From a virus: a DNA stretch of 64,000 bases. The stretch spans positions 1 to 64,000 of the IMG/VR virus record IMGVR_UViG_3300036770_004917; one strand, 5' to 3'. Below the pieces are notes generated by a model that worked only from the letters and a program-made list of their open reading frames with translations, ran no database searches and had not been told where the DNA came from. Both the position numbers and the translations under genes were made by a program. Below are positions 9,401 through 21,000 of this stretch, piece after piece (position 1 is the first letter of the stretch; each line of letters starts with the position of its first letter).

Positions 9401-12400
9401 TCCAACTCCAGATTTTTAATTATTTCATCTTCGGTTTGCTCAGCAAGTAGGTAGGTGTCTGTTCTTGACCTGGTTGACTGAGTGTCCCTTCTCGCCCTGT
9501 CCTCGTCAACTAGGCGGTTGATTCTATCCAACGCATCTTCGTCGTCATTGCCAGATTGACGCTGTGAGTCAGATGAACGTCGACCACCACCACCAGACTG
9601 GTTTGAAGAAGTACGGCGCCTAGGGTCTGAAGGTGGACCGAAAGCCTTTTCCCATTCTGCCATTTTTTCATCAATGAAGTCTTGTTCTGGCGGGTTGGGG
9701 TCTATGTAAATTTTCGTACCAGGTGTTCCACGGAAACGCATAACCTGTGGACCGACAATAAGTGTTGATTGGATTTCGTCATATTCGTTGGCGAATACGA
9801 GTTTCACGCCTGACTCAATTTTTGCCTTTTCCCCATCGGCGAGATTCAGTGGCTGGAATCTCTGCTTTTCGTCTTCCGTCATTGGTCGGTTCTTGTAAGT
9901 CCTAAACAAAGAACTACGAGTTGAGCGCATTGAGGAAAGTTCCCCCTGCGACGAAATAACTGGGGTCTTGTCACGCTTGCCGGGCTGCAACCTTCCTGTT
10001 GCTGGCTTGCGATTCTTGTCGTCAAGAAAATCACCATGAAGGATGTTTTGCAATTGTGGAAGGCTCTGAGCAACCTCACGGTTTTCGCGTAATTCATCCA
10101 GCGCTTGCGAGTGTAGGGCATCTAGTTCTTCATATTTTCTTGCCGCAGAACTTGCTTCTCTCCATGCCTGAATCGCCGAGAGACTTTTCATGAAGTCTGG
10201 TTCTGCCTCACGTATCTTTTTGAATCTGTCAACGAATGAGCGCTTGTCATCCGCCCTGGCAGACTCAATGAGAAGCATTGAACGATTGGTCATGCCAGGA
10301 ACGCGGAACTTGTTTATTTCATTTGATGCAGAATCCCTCAGGGACTCAATGAAGTCGGCAAACTCCTGCCGTTCTGGTCGTTCTAGTCGCATGTCAAGCA
10401 GTTCGCGATACATTGACGACATATCCTGAATTAGTTGTGTCTTTTCAGAACTGGAGAGGCGTGACGGACTGGACAATCTGTCGCTCAACTCGCCAATATG
10501 TGTCGCAGCACCATACGAGGTGGTGCGCGACATGGACCTTGTTCCAGCAAGACCACGGTCACGAAGGTCTTTGGAAATCATTGATGTTGGTCCATCCCAG
10601 ACGGCGCCCCTTAGCGTGGCGTTGTCAAGCCTGAGTTTGCCTAATGGCAATGAACCAAGGTGCGCATTCGTTAGGTCTGCACCACGGAGGTCGATTGCGC
10701 TGGTACGTAGTGCTTCGGGGTCAAATTTTGCACCAGAGAAATCTGCTTGCCGGAGGTCTGTTCTCCTCATGTCCAGCACGCCGCGAATTTTTACTCCACG
10801 GAAACTCGCACGACGCAATGTGCTGCCACCAAATGACACATCCTGAAGGGTTGAACCAGTAAACCGTGCGCCGTCCATCCATGAATCTGTCATTTTTACA
10901 TCTGACAAAGATTGTTTTATTGCGGAAAAACGGTCCATGTATGATTTAGTGATTGTGGAGCGCCGAAGAGCCAACCACCCAGAGTCAGAGATTTTGGAAG
11001 CAGTAGCATCTAGTCCAGAAATTGGGCTCCCATCCGATGGCGCCTCGGGAATGTCAATTGCCCTTATGCCAAGTGCAATCTGGCGTGCCTTGGCATAGTT
11101 GCTGTCGGCCCTATTGATTGGGGTTGTGCTTTCAGCGTTTACCTTGAATGAATATTTTCCATTTTGGTTTACAACCTGACCCTCTGGAAGCGAAGCAATA
11201 AACTGCTGTATTTGCGGAGAAAATTTTGTTCTATCTGTCCATGAAATACCGGAACCAAGCATTTGTTCTGGCGTAAGTCCAGAATTGTTGAGGTCCGCTA
11301 GGTCAAAATCAACTCTCTCCAATATTGCATCACGCAAATTGATTCCACCCACTGTGGCTTTGGAGAAATCAACACCGCGCATCGATGTTTCGCCAAAGTC
11401 AACATCGACAACTTCACTGCCTTCAAACGCCACCCTCTCAAGGGAAGTGCGTCGCATGTCGCTTCCTCTTGGGATTTGGGTATTCCGAAACGAAACCCCC
11501 CTAAGTATGGAATTACGCAAAACAATAGGATTAGATGTTTTTAGATTATCTGCCGTAACAGAGAAAAAGTTTGCACTAATCCATTCTGAATCAGATAGGT
11601 CGACATCGCTCCCCAAAATCACATTCGATAGTTCTGAATGAGATGTGCGTTTGCCGATTATGTTTTTTCTCAAAATTGTTGCCTTTTTATTAGGCGGTGA
11701 CTCAATCACGAGCCTTTCCGGCAAATTTCTATTTTGAGAAGACCGAGTGGAATTTCCATAGTTAAATGATGAACTGCGAGTTGAGGCAAGAACAGAGCCA
11801 GACACCCTCTGGGCCATTTGCTCTTCCCAGTATTTCTCTACGGCACGAGAACCATCTTTCCCAAAAAACTCATCGAATACCTTACGATTTATGATGTCAA
11901 ATGTTCCATCTTCGCGCCTTACTGCAGCGAGGCTTGCGTTCCCTTCACCCTGTGAATTGTCCCAAAGGTAAAACTCGTCCATATAGCCATTGGTAATCGC
12001 TTTGCGGACTTTGTATTGAAGTTCGGCAGCATACTGTGAAGCGAGATTTGTGGGAAGTTTGACTCCGCCCTGTTGTCCGCGAGTAGCCATTCTCTCTTCG
12101 GCAATACTTGTTGGGACATGGACATAATGGCCGATAACCCTGTATCCGTTATCTCGCCCAATCAACATCTGGTCAACACGCGTGCCTGTTCCGGTGACTG
12201 TATAGTCACGACCTTGCGCTGCAGCCTGTCGCATCCCATACAGCGCCCATTGGGTTGACCAGCCATGTACGGCGCTCGCCCCACGACCACCATCCCAGTC
12301 GGGATGCATTGTCTTAATTATGTCGGGGTCAATGTCGACTGCTGTATCAGCACCCGGAACGCCTGACAAAATTCCGCTTGTGCGTAGTGTTGTTTTGCCA

Positions 12401-14742
12401 GAGCCTGTTGTTCCGCCAATAAACCACATTGTCGGCGTAGATGATGCATTTTCTCCAGTTGCGCGAGCGAATAATGAGTCCAGTGCGAGTTGGCCCAACT
12501 CTCCATTGCGCCGCGCCTCCTCTGCTCTGGCGAGAGCCTCCGTTACATCGGTGTTGTAACGTGACCTAGTAGAAATGCGCTGATTACTTACGAATTGGTC
12601 GACTACATCTGGCGGCAGCCTCAGCAACATCCTGTCCGGAGAGTCGGCAATGTACGTCGGGTTATTGAGTAGCCAGTCATGGGCCTCTTTTTCTGATTTG
12701 GACATTGGCCCGAGAAGCAGATTACTTACACTTCGCGTTGAAAATGAGCGTGCGCGTTCCGACAATTGGGACTGGTTTCGCTCACCAACGAATGTCATAA
12801 ATTCATTTACGCTCATGCCTAGGACATTTGCCATATTGGCGATGGCTGTATTATCAACACGCATTCGCCTGCCTGGGTCATCATCGGTAAATGCAGCAAA
12901 TGACTCAGCAAACCACTCTATTCGTGCAGTTTCCGCATATTCACTTATTCTACGAGCAGAGGCTCTCTCCTGTTCAGAACCCCAAGTTACGGACCGGTAG
13001 AGCGCTTCTGAGAATTTTGCCGATGCATCATTGCCACGACCCTGTTTCAGATTCTCTTGTAGTTCCGAATATAGGGAAATCAGGTAGTCGCGAGCAGGGC
13101 CACCCTGTTTGGCGGCCATAAATTGCCAAGCGTGTGCAAGTTCGTGTCGTATCAATGAGTCGAGGTCTTCGTCCCTAAACATTGAGTCACGAACACGACC
13201 GGTTACTGGGTCAGGAAATGCGCCGGAGTTAAATGCTATGAATCCCGTTGGTGCGTAACCCCCGATTACGCTCTGCCACATACGTGGACCTGCAGTGAGG
13301 TCAATAAATCCCATATTGTCAATATCTGGCTCATACCCAGTCACAACAATTGGAGGCATGCCATAGCGTCTAACCGCATTGCGGACACCTGGATTCCTGA
13401 ATAGTTCATCCTGGATAATTTTTCGTACCAGCAAAGTCGCTTCGTAGTCTGGCTCAGCGGCAGTGATTCGCTCGTAAATCCGTTTTGCATTTTTGCGTGT
13501 GTATGGACTGTTCTTGAGCGCTTGCATCAACTCTTCGTTAGAACCTGGAACTAGTTGGGCAACAAGGTCATTTAGTTCACCGGCGCCCAAGAATTCATAT
13601 TCATCATCCACTGCATCAAGGGCCTTCATTAGTGTTGATGCGTCCCTCTTGCCCATTCTTTCCGAGCCACGCGATATTTCTAGGTCAGCATCGCCAAATG
13701 CAATACGCCCGTCCTCCATGACGGTATTCTGCGTATAAGTTGGTTTCTTTTTACGCGGACTCAAAACATCGCGCAGTTTGGACAAGAGTGGGTCTTCTCG
13801 TTCGGTCGGAACGTCATTTGGGGTAACCCCTATTATCTGGGAAAGAACATTTTTGTCAATTGCGCCGTCAACAGATAGTCCACTTCGTCGATTCTGTTCG
13901 TTGGCGAGTGCCGTTGTTCCAATCAGATTCTGTACACGGCGTCCAGTCCCCTCAGGAATAATGAATCGTGGAATGATGGGGCGTTCAAGTGGGAGTCCTT
14001 CAAAAACGATTCCATCTTTGTCGGCATCTATTGCCCCAGTTACATCAATAAAAACAAATCCGCTCGGCGCAGCGCGAAGCCCACGGCCAATTCGTTTGCC
14101 AACCTTTGGTCCAAGTCCCTTTACCTGCATTGAGTCAGCGCCATGAAGGTCGTCATAAAGTGACTTTTTGCGAGACCTCATTGTTTTTGGTTGATTACGC
14201 TTGACTACGTCCGCGATAAATCGCTCTGTACGTTTTTGCATATTTCGGCGACCAAGGGCAGTGCGGCCTGTCCTATTTGCCAAATCTGTCATATTGGTGC
14301 AGGGCATCCAGATTGTTCTGCCAGAACGGGAAATTCTCCTACTGACGCCAATGCATCCAAGTTGACGCGACCTATCACGTGCGGCCTCGATGTCCGTAAA
14401 GACATCTGGGTCTTCATCGCGTGGTGCGGCCGGTTGATATTGCTTACCAACTACGCCAGAGACAAGTCCGCCACCAGCGAGGGTATCAATTGCGACGATT
14501 CCACGAGAACCGAGATTCTCCCATTGGCGCTGCATGTTGTTGTTGCCGCGCTGTTGACGGCGTGGTGCAGAAATAGGCCCCATGGCAGATGGGCTACTAG
14601 GGACAATTTTGGCCAAAGATTCTGCGCTTGAACATGGACGCCAAACTCCATCGCTCGTCTGATGAGCGCCAGAGCAGCCAAGTTTCTTTGCCTCACGTAG
14701 GGCCTTCATCTTTGCTGCGGTAGTTGACGTAACCGCGTTCAT
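6451..14742 (-). CDS. Giant polyvalent protein A (2763 aa): GC..G..W.PC repeats, tag, zincin, zeta-like P-loop kinase, two pentapeptide blocks, HDxxGH domain, second zincin, transglutaminase/papain-like domain
   Basis: HELAH..EYA..EWFAESF; GGTTGSGKT..IDPDIIK; pentapeptide periodicity; HDVIGH..FDRHGE; HEFGH..YA..EDFAES; GDCYE..VHG..GHAW; 9 exact STRS. Confidence 0.85.
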   Translation of the reverse strand: MNAVTSTTAAKMKALREAKKLGCSGAHQTSDGVWRPCSSAESLAKIVPSSPSAMGPISAPRRQQRGNNNMQRQWENLGSRGIVAIDTLAGGGLVSGVVGKQYQPAAPRDEDPDVFTDIEAARDRSRQLGCIGVSRRISRSGRTIWMPCTNMTDLANRTGRTALGRRNMQKRTERFIADVVKRNQPKTMRSRKKSLYDDLHGADSMQVKGLGPKVGKRIGRGLRAAPSGFVFIDVTGAIDADKDGIVFEGLPLERPIIPRFIIPEGTGRRVQNLIGTTALANEQNRRSGLSVDGAIDKNVLSQIIGVTPNDVPTEREDPLLSKLRDVLSPRKKKPTYTQNTVMEDGRIAFGDADLEISRGSERMGKRDASTLMKALDAVDDEYEFLGAGELNDLVAQLVPGSNEELMQALKNSPYTRKNAKRIYERITAAEPDYEATLLVRKIIQDELFRNPGVRNAVRRYGMPPIVVTGYEPDIDNMGFIDLTAGPRMWQSVIGGYAPTGFIAFNSGAFPDPVTGRVRDSMFRDEDLDSLIRHELAHAWQFMAAKQGGPARDYLISLYSELQENLKQGRGNDASAKFSEALYRSVTWGSEQERASARRISEYAETARIEWFAESFAAFTDDDPGRRMRVDNTAIANMANVLGMSVNEFMTFVGERNQSQLSERARSFSTRSVSNLLLGPMSKSEKEAHDWLLNNPTYIADSPDRMLLRLPPDVVDQFVSNQRISTRSRYNTDVTEALARAEEARRNGELGQLALDSLFARATGENASSTPTMWFIGGTTGSGKTTLRTSGILSGVPGADTAVDIDPDIIKTMHPDWDGGRGASAVHGWSTQWALYGMRQAAAQGRDYTVTGTGTRVDQMLIGRDNGYRVIGHYVHVPTSIAEERMATRGQQGGVKLPTNLASQYAAELQYKVRKAITNGYMDEFYLWDNSQGEGNASLAAVRREDGTFDIINRKVFDEFFGKDGSRAVEKYWEEQMAQRVSGSVLASTRSSSFNYGNSTRSSQNRNLPERLVIESPPNKKATILRKNIIGKRTSHSELSNVILGSDVDLSDSEWISANFFSVTADNLKTSNPIVLRNSILRGVSFRNTQIPRGSDMRRTSLERVAFEGSEVVDVDFGETSMRGVDFSKATVGGINLRDAILERVDFDLADLNNSGLTPEQMLGSGISWTDRTKFSPQIQQFIASLPEGQVVNQNGKYSFKVNAESTTPINRADSNYAKARQIALGIRAIDIPEAPSDGSPISGLDATASKISDSGWLALRRSTITKSYMDRFSAIKQSLSDVKMTDSWMDGARFTGSTLQDVSFGGSTLRRASFRGVKIRGVLDMRRTDLRQADFSGAKFDPEALRTSAIDLRGADLTNAHLGSLPLGKLRLDNATLRGAVWDGPTSMISKDLRDRGLAGTRSMSRTTSYGAATHIGELSDRLSSPSRLSSSEKTQLIQDMSSMYRELLDMRLERPERQEFADFIESLRDSASNEINKFRVPGMTNRSMLLIESARADDKRSFVDRFKKIREAEPDFMKSLSAIQAWREASSAARKYEELDALHSQALDELRENREVAQSLPQLQNILHGDFLDDKNRKPATGRLQPGKRDKTPVISSQGELSSMRSTRSSLFRTYKNRPMTEDEKQRFQPLNLADGEKAKIESGVKLVFANEYDEIQSTLIVGPQVMRFRGTPGTKIYIDPNPPEQDFIDEKMAEWEKAFGPPSDPRRRTSSNQSGGGGRRSSDSQRQSGNDDEDALDRINRLVDEDRARRDTQSTRSRTDTYLLAEQTEDEIIKNLELDEREAEIAKNILAGSSVPRDVLDRYYAEQRNHRFYIRQKIDDLEPDISIGETGKKIAESLSIRVSSNGIPVITSQPHPIFNSIIPDRRDWTYVEAPSADAVRNIIEQAQEFERDWDPSIGEAISVARESLYKIVLDKLDEVGAGPEKIKYTKFADFAPYLLDSLENPRRAINNLEGTDGIHDVIGHLGTGRGFDRHGEWANALAMVSVITNHPDIGLNADERDRVARWWLDTYGANQLMHQLRTDAGEDLKKIMLVNQDSTYKGIKKAIYEWPGTVQDFIDSLNTQPANPLRSTRSSRITNTPNGVFNLAYLEQDVRRAQFMSNISATRSGRSTGGMQRRQNPVTASDITRSIVSRRSTRSITSLTPQLRISEDGSRAYMDASAKDAFLANPQALLDGLTEADIPDGYFPKGERNKLDKYKQDLLAVASLDSLVPSDDGLGVSARHLFAVDAFDSSKPNPPDIVRTDNRRNILATRRTEKIFHQADVSTLRTGEALFVSDIPAGAKMSGISNAVVVRNADGSLTLIEIDDAAELDSIKSRMGAASPRVNENGIGVFTFDDIRPPSGDSGKIAPIVLALENFHTTIADINPRIPRPNIIFKSDAFAGNIDGIDATRVSGTAYPDANSIVMWKTSEQSPYVDIMLHEFGHSVDFSLGFRTAIDDREISYSNKYAFSSLTDDWVPAMEGDESHGILFGQSNVPLAVITDSGLAKQPTSVPGTSYRDIAPSIDGSHGPRIGQRFITQYARESERYEEDFAESASLFLRDRMFGYIASVTNANGDRREYSFAEMYPNRAAVLEKLLYASTRSSKNFDNRFKSAYGSNPIDGDGDCYEMAVTMAQRLRGPEFNFSDDQIRIVHGIPLGTGGEAMGIRYGHAWAEVAIDGWDKYEQLRNEIADVLRQAETLTSSSLRNGLTKRHNQLMQELIRMEMENVTVYDFSNGNEHQIPRYLYYKIGNIEDENTRYYTAKDAVTKILADETFGPWE

Positions 14743-14749
14743 TACTGAA

Positions 14750-15091
14750 TCAACCTCGCGTTGCTAGGTGAATCTGAATATCATCTTCTGACGCGCCATC
14801 CATGGACATTGCCATCTCCGTGGCTTCGTCAGAGTCAAATGGATATCTCACCATCCACAGGGATGCTTCCTCAAACTCCTGTGCATATTTCTGCATGACG
14901 TCCGCTTGTTTCTGCAGTTGCCACTCTACAACTTCTTCGACTGAGGCATTTTCTGGGAATTCTCCACTACTAGCCATCTTTATGGCCTCAAAGTAGAGTT
15001 CGCTATTTGTTGAAAATGGTGGATACCTGAGCATTGTTCCTAGAACTCGCTCTTGCTCCATCCATAATTTCATGTTTTCCGATAGTTCCAT
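14750..15091 (-). CDS. Hypothetical acidic protein
   Basis: 113-aa ORF packed tightly between two giant genes. Confidence 0.65.
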   Translation of the reverse strand: MELSENMKLWMEQERVLGTMLRYPPFSTNSELYFEAIKMASSGEFPENASVEEVVEWQLQKQADVMQKYAQEFEEASLWMVRYPFDSDEATEMAMSMDGASEDDIQIHLATRG

Positions 15092-15095
15092 GGCG

Positions 15096-18000
15096 TCAGT
15101 CTACTCTCTCTCCGTTATTGAGTTTTTTAACGAGTGCTGGGTCTAGTCTGCCACCTGTTTTTATCGCTTCCTCTACAGCGTCTGTCATCCCTAGGCCACC
15201 AACACCACCGTATGTTATCAATTTCCCACGGTTCATAACCAGCATGACTCCACTATCCATTCTTAATGCATCATAACCAAGGAATGGAGCGAGGTAGTTC
15301 TGTAAGAGTCCATTTGTACCCTCAACGAAGTAGCGCAGTGCATCGAGTGCATTGGCTCGTTCGTCTGGGTTTGATGCATTCCGAACAGCGCTAACAAGTT
15401 GTGAAATAACCTGTCCACCCTTTGTTTGCCAACGTGCATCGCCTTCCGGTATGGATGCGTAAAGCCGTTCTTCCAGTAGTTCAGCAAGTTGTTCAGCGGC
15501 TGCTCCAGTTTTTCTGTTACGCCACTCTCTCGGCAACGACGGGTCCTTGAGCGCAGTAGAAATACCACCACTAACGGCATTCATTTCTCTCTTAATTTGT
15601 TCCAACTCAGACTTACGTATGATTTTTGCATCCGCAGGAAGAATTGCCATAAGGCCACCAGGTCCTGGCTGTGTTCCTTTTTTGCCCCTTTGGTTGTCCT
15701 CGGTGACATATCCTCGCCAACCACCATCGGGTGACGTATTCCCACCCTCAATCCGGACAGCCCAGTATTCTCCAGGACCCTGCATTGTCCCACCGTCTCC
15801 AGTGGTGTGTCTTTGGACGTCGTCCATGTACCGTTCGGCGAATGTATGTCCACCGAAACCACGTCTAATTACTATGTTGCCTGAGTCTTTTGCTAGTTCA
15901 AGAAACTCTTCTTCGGTAACGACCGTTGGACGCTCCTGCATGCCATTGAGGTCCCAGATGCTTCCGAGGACTCTGTCGGCTTTCAGGTTGCTGGCCTTGA
16001 GTTCTTTCTCTAGTTTTTGCCTCTTCTTCTCATCTTTTTTGTCTTCCTTGGACAGTTCCCCGGACCTTGGTGCACGAGTTAGAAGTTCCAAGTCAGCAAA
16101 TTTAGACAAACTATCCTTCGATAGCGTTGGGCTGCCATCGTCGGCAAGGACAAATGCTGGAGTTGGCTGAGTTTTCCTGGTATGTGCCTTAAGGATTTCT
16201 GCAGAATCTCTCTTTTTGCCAGCAAGCAACTTAAGTCTATCCGCCTTAATGCGCTTGAGTATTCTGAGTTCCTTGGCAGTTTTGTCGGCTTCTTCCGCAC
16301 GTCCTCCGTAGGAAACCTGGCCCTTCTTCAGTCTCTCCAGGCGTTCCCTACCTTCTTTTCTCTTCCTGAGGCGCTCATTGTGACGCTTTACCCAACCTTC
16401 TGCATCTGGTCTTATGAACTTGGCAAGTGAGAGTTTGCGCCAGAATGAATCGCCACGAATCGCCGATGCGTCATCGTCAGCAATACCAAGTGCACTCTGT
16501 CCCCAAAGTTGAGATGAGTGGTCAAAATCAAGATTCACATCATCACCAACAATGGGACCATCACCAACAATGGAGTCAGCATTGGGTCGCGGATTACCAT
16601 TTGAGTCATAGATAACTCTATCGTCACCCATTCGCCAGCCGAATGCACTTGAATCCGGCAAGTCATACTTTGATGAACCGGATTTTTGGTCGTGATACCA
16701 CTCAAATACTTCAGGGAGTTCACCAGCATCAAACTTTGCCTTCAACTCCTTGTATTCCTTGGAGTTGTAGCGAATTGCCTTATTGTTTTTCCCCTTTTGG
16801 GTAGTTGCCCACTTGCGGAAAACCTGATTTTTTGCGGCTGCGGCACCAGTAAGTGAACTTGGGCTACCGAGTAATTCTTTACGCATTGAAGATGGTAATT
16901 GCTCAGCAACAAATGCAAGACTGTCGCCGCCCTCTTCGTTCCTCCCATTATTTGAGTTAATTCTCGCACCGGCAAGAACTAGAAGTGCCGACGTCTGGTC
17001 ATCAAGCATTTTGATTTTGTCATTTATGTCCTTGAGTTGCGTTTTCTTCAATCCAGGACTCAACTTGTCATTTGCTTCTATTGCGTCGCGCTTCTTGAGT
17101 AGGAGTTCACGAACTTTTCCATGTGTTGCCGAAAGTCGTGCCAGTCCCTTATCGCTGAGTGCAAGGCGCCACTCGCCAGTAACTGGGTCGCGCTGCGTCG
17201 TAAGGAGTTGATATCTCGCGAGGGAAGCAAACTTCTGTGCCTGCCGTTTATTTTTGGCAGTAACAGTTTTTTCCGCTGTCTCGCCCCATAGGTTGAAATC
17301 GGCTATGTCGCCGAATAGGCCAACGAATTCATTGGTTCTTCCGGCGCCCTCAATCGGCGTCAGTTTGGCACCTCTTGTGGTATCAAGCATCGCAATTTGC
17401 TGAATTTCTCCATTTTCATCAATTGATGCAAAGAGGTTGCCAGCGCCACTAACCGCCTTAATGAGACTCTCCTCCATCTCAATTGCTCGCGACTCAGTGA
17501 GTCTGCGTTGCTCTGGAGTAAGGGATTCCCACAATTGGCCGTCTTGTTCGTCAATTCTTCTATGCCCTGGAGATTTCAGTCCGTCAATTGCGGTATCGCG
17601 CCCGCTGCGGAGAGATGAACCCATGTCGATGTTGGCAATTCTCTGGCGCTCTGAAACACTTCTAGTAGATGGTCCTGCACTCCCGATGCGACGACCCGCA
17701 TTTCTGGCACGACGACGTGCTGCAACTTCACGACCCGCAACACGAATTGATGCATTTGGATTGTTCATCAACTCATCGCTAATTAGTCTTCGACGCTTAA
17801 TCTCAGCGTTGGCGCGCTGTAGGCGTTTTCTTAGTCGCTCAAGTTGTTCTGGAGATGGCGAGAGAACAGAAGAACTGCGTGTTGATGCAAGCATTCTCAT
17901 GTCTGCCTCATCGAGGTCATCTGGACCGGTCATGTAGAAATCAATTGCTTCTTGTGCGTCTTCTACACTTGGGAAGGACCTGTCGAGCCCACCGGCAACT

Positions 18001-21000
18001 TGTTCTGAACCTGAATCAAGTTCAAAAATGTTTTTCCACGTACCATCGGCAGTGCGTTCCTGACCATCGACTGAGTAGGAGCCATCTTCGTTGCGGAGGA
18101 TTTCAAATCTGGCATTGCCGTCATTGCTTCTTCCACGACTCACAACCTCGCCATTGGCCGTGTCGCTATATCGTGGGGTGGTGTTGTCTGACCCGGGGCG
18201 ATTAAAATTAACCAACTTGCTGCTGCGTGTTGACTTTTGCAGACTTGCGCCATATCCAGTACCTGGCTCAAATCCACCAGCAAACATCTGTGCATCCGCA
18301 TCAAACGCTGGAGAATATCTGTAATCATTTCTTGTCGGCATGCGTCGCAAAGAAACACCCTGCTCATTGGCGAAGTTGGTATCATTGGCATTCATTGCAA
18401 ACTGGTTGTATCCACGCTCAAATGCGGCGCTTGATTCATATGAGCGTTTTTCTGAACGAGTACTAAGTAGTAGATTGTTTGCATCTTCTTCTGAGATTTC
18501 TGGCAAATCTTCCTTATCGGCATCCCGTATCTGGCGATAATCCCAATCACGAACATCGTCAAGGAATTGGGGACTGCTGGCATAGTCCTGGAAAGAAGGC
18601 TCACCAGCATCCACGTCTATGCCTTGTTCGTCGGCATATCCGGGAACATTGTTTACGGAATTCAACCAGTTATTGTAATATTCGCTAGATTCTTCAGAGA
18701 ATAGGAATCCATCAATAACGCTACCCTCTGGATACTCGCGTCGTCCAAGGTAAGGAACTCTGTCCTCGTTTTGAGCAACTCCTCTACGGCTGCGCAAACT
18801 GCGAGTAGAAGCACGGTCCGCCGCAGCAGAACGCAGGCTTAGGTTGCCACGCCCATCGTCGTCGCCATTCATGCCATTCCAGGCATTGATTCGCATTACT
18901 TGGATGGCATCCCAGTCACGAACATCGTCGAGGAACTGGGGACTACTTTCGTAGGATGCACGAGATGGCGAGACACCCTTTTCTACGCCCTGCTCTTTTG
19001 CGTATGCCGAATTGAGTCTAGTTAGTCGTGCCCATCTGCTGAAGTTGTCTTCAAAGTCGCCCGACTCTTTGTATGCATCAATGACTGCTGGTTCTGGCTT
19101 TCGGTTGCGTCCCAAGCGAGGAATTCTGTCTTCTTTTTCAAGATTCAAATAACTTGAGCGATTGTTTCTGCGTAGCAACCCTGTTGCCTTACTGCGCTGG
19201 ACAATATCTTTGAATTTTGCAATAAATCGTGGCTGACCGGGAGATGGAATGTCAAACATATGTCCACGTTCAGCCATTTGCTGAGTAACAAAATATCCAT
19301 CACTGTCCGCGACGCTCTGCAATAGTTGTTTCAAATTCCCCAGAGGTTTCCTGTATCGTTCTGGCAGTTGCCCAGCCTCCATTTCGCCATTGAAGACACT
19401 TACCGTCCGGAGTGCCGCATCAAATTCATCGCGAGACATAATTATTGAATCAACGCCACCGATGGCATTTTCCACAGTGTCATACAGTGCTGCGATGCTG
19501 TTCGCATCATCGGAATCGGCAAGAGCCTCAACTTCATCAAGATTAATAAGAATGTCGGCTATTGAGTGAAGGTCGTCGCTGAGGTCCCCAAGTTGCGATA
19601 GCGTCATGCTTACTTCAACGTTCGTGTCATCTTCACCATCGCTACGTGCTGAACGGATTGATGCCAATGATGGGCGCTTTCCTGGGAAATTGAACGAGCC
19701 ATCGTTGGTGAATTCGGAAGCCGGTATCTGGAATGGCACTTCACGTCTAATTGATGCTTGATACTCCATATCGTACTTGTCGAGAATTTGCTTAATTGCG
19801 CCAAACATATTCCTATCGCGCAGCGCAGCAACTACGTGCTGATATTCCAATGAATTCGATGGGCCCTCACTTCTGGAGAGTTCGCTCCACCTATTGGCCA
19901 AGATATTGAAATACTCTTCAAGTAATTGCCTGTCAGACATGCGTTCAAAATCCGCATAGTGAAAACCATCTGCCGGTCGTGCCAGTCGGAGGTCTCCATC
20001 GCGTTGAGCCAATGAAGCGGAGCGTGAACTCTTGATTCCATTGTTTCTGTCAGCCATCGTTCTTCTCGTGGAGAGGAGTTGACGGCCCGGTTCTGCGGAT
20101 GTCAAATACTCAAGAACGTCGTCGTATTCCATGTCCTCTGGGCCGTCTACGTACTCCCGAATGGCTGCCTCGGCATCATCGATGGTTGAATAGGTTCCAT
20201 CGATATTGTTCATGGATAGTCGTGAATCGTTTACTTCCACCCCGGAGAAACCAACCAGATTCCATTTGCCATCTGAGTCGCGCTCTCTTCCGACAATCAC
20301 ATAGTCGCCATTTGGGGTGAGAACGATTTCTGCATCAAAACCGCCCGATGAATCGCTGCCACGCATCACAACCCTACCGTCGACGGCATCCGAGAAGCGG
20401 GGGGTGGTGGAGTTTTTGCGCGAAACCGGACTCATGACCACTGACCTGGTTGACGGTCCGTGCAAATCTTTATCGAATGTGTCGCGAGGCTGACTGAATC
20501 TGAAAATTGATGGAATTAGTGTCCTTGATTCACTGCGACTTACTTTTTCGCCACCCGGCGAAACATCGCTTCCCGAAACATTCACCCGAGCACTGGGCTC
20601 ATATCCTTCGAATCTGTCCGCAATATCTTTTGCCATCTTCTGACGAGCGCTAATGGTATCCACAAACAATTTGCGCATCTGTGGGGGGACTCCAGCATCG
20701 CCCATTTCTTGGTCAATCTTCTGCAGATTCAAATGCTCAACACGTCGCATGGCGACGACTAGGTCATTGTTTGATACGCGGCCGTATAGGTTTGAGATAT
20801 GCTGACCACGAATCGGTGCGCCAGGCATGTAAATCATAGTGGCGACGTCATCCCATGGAGCATCTGGGCTAAATTCTGGCTTCTTGCTTCCACCCTGTGC
20901 CCTATATGGTCCAGCCCCACCGGTATCTACTGTATAAATAACACCAATTGGGTCAACCATCTTGTTATTGCCACCACTCCAAGCATCTCTGACCTGAAGA

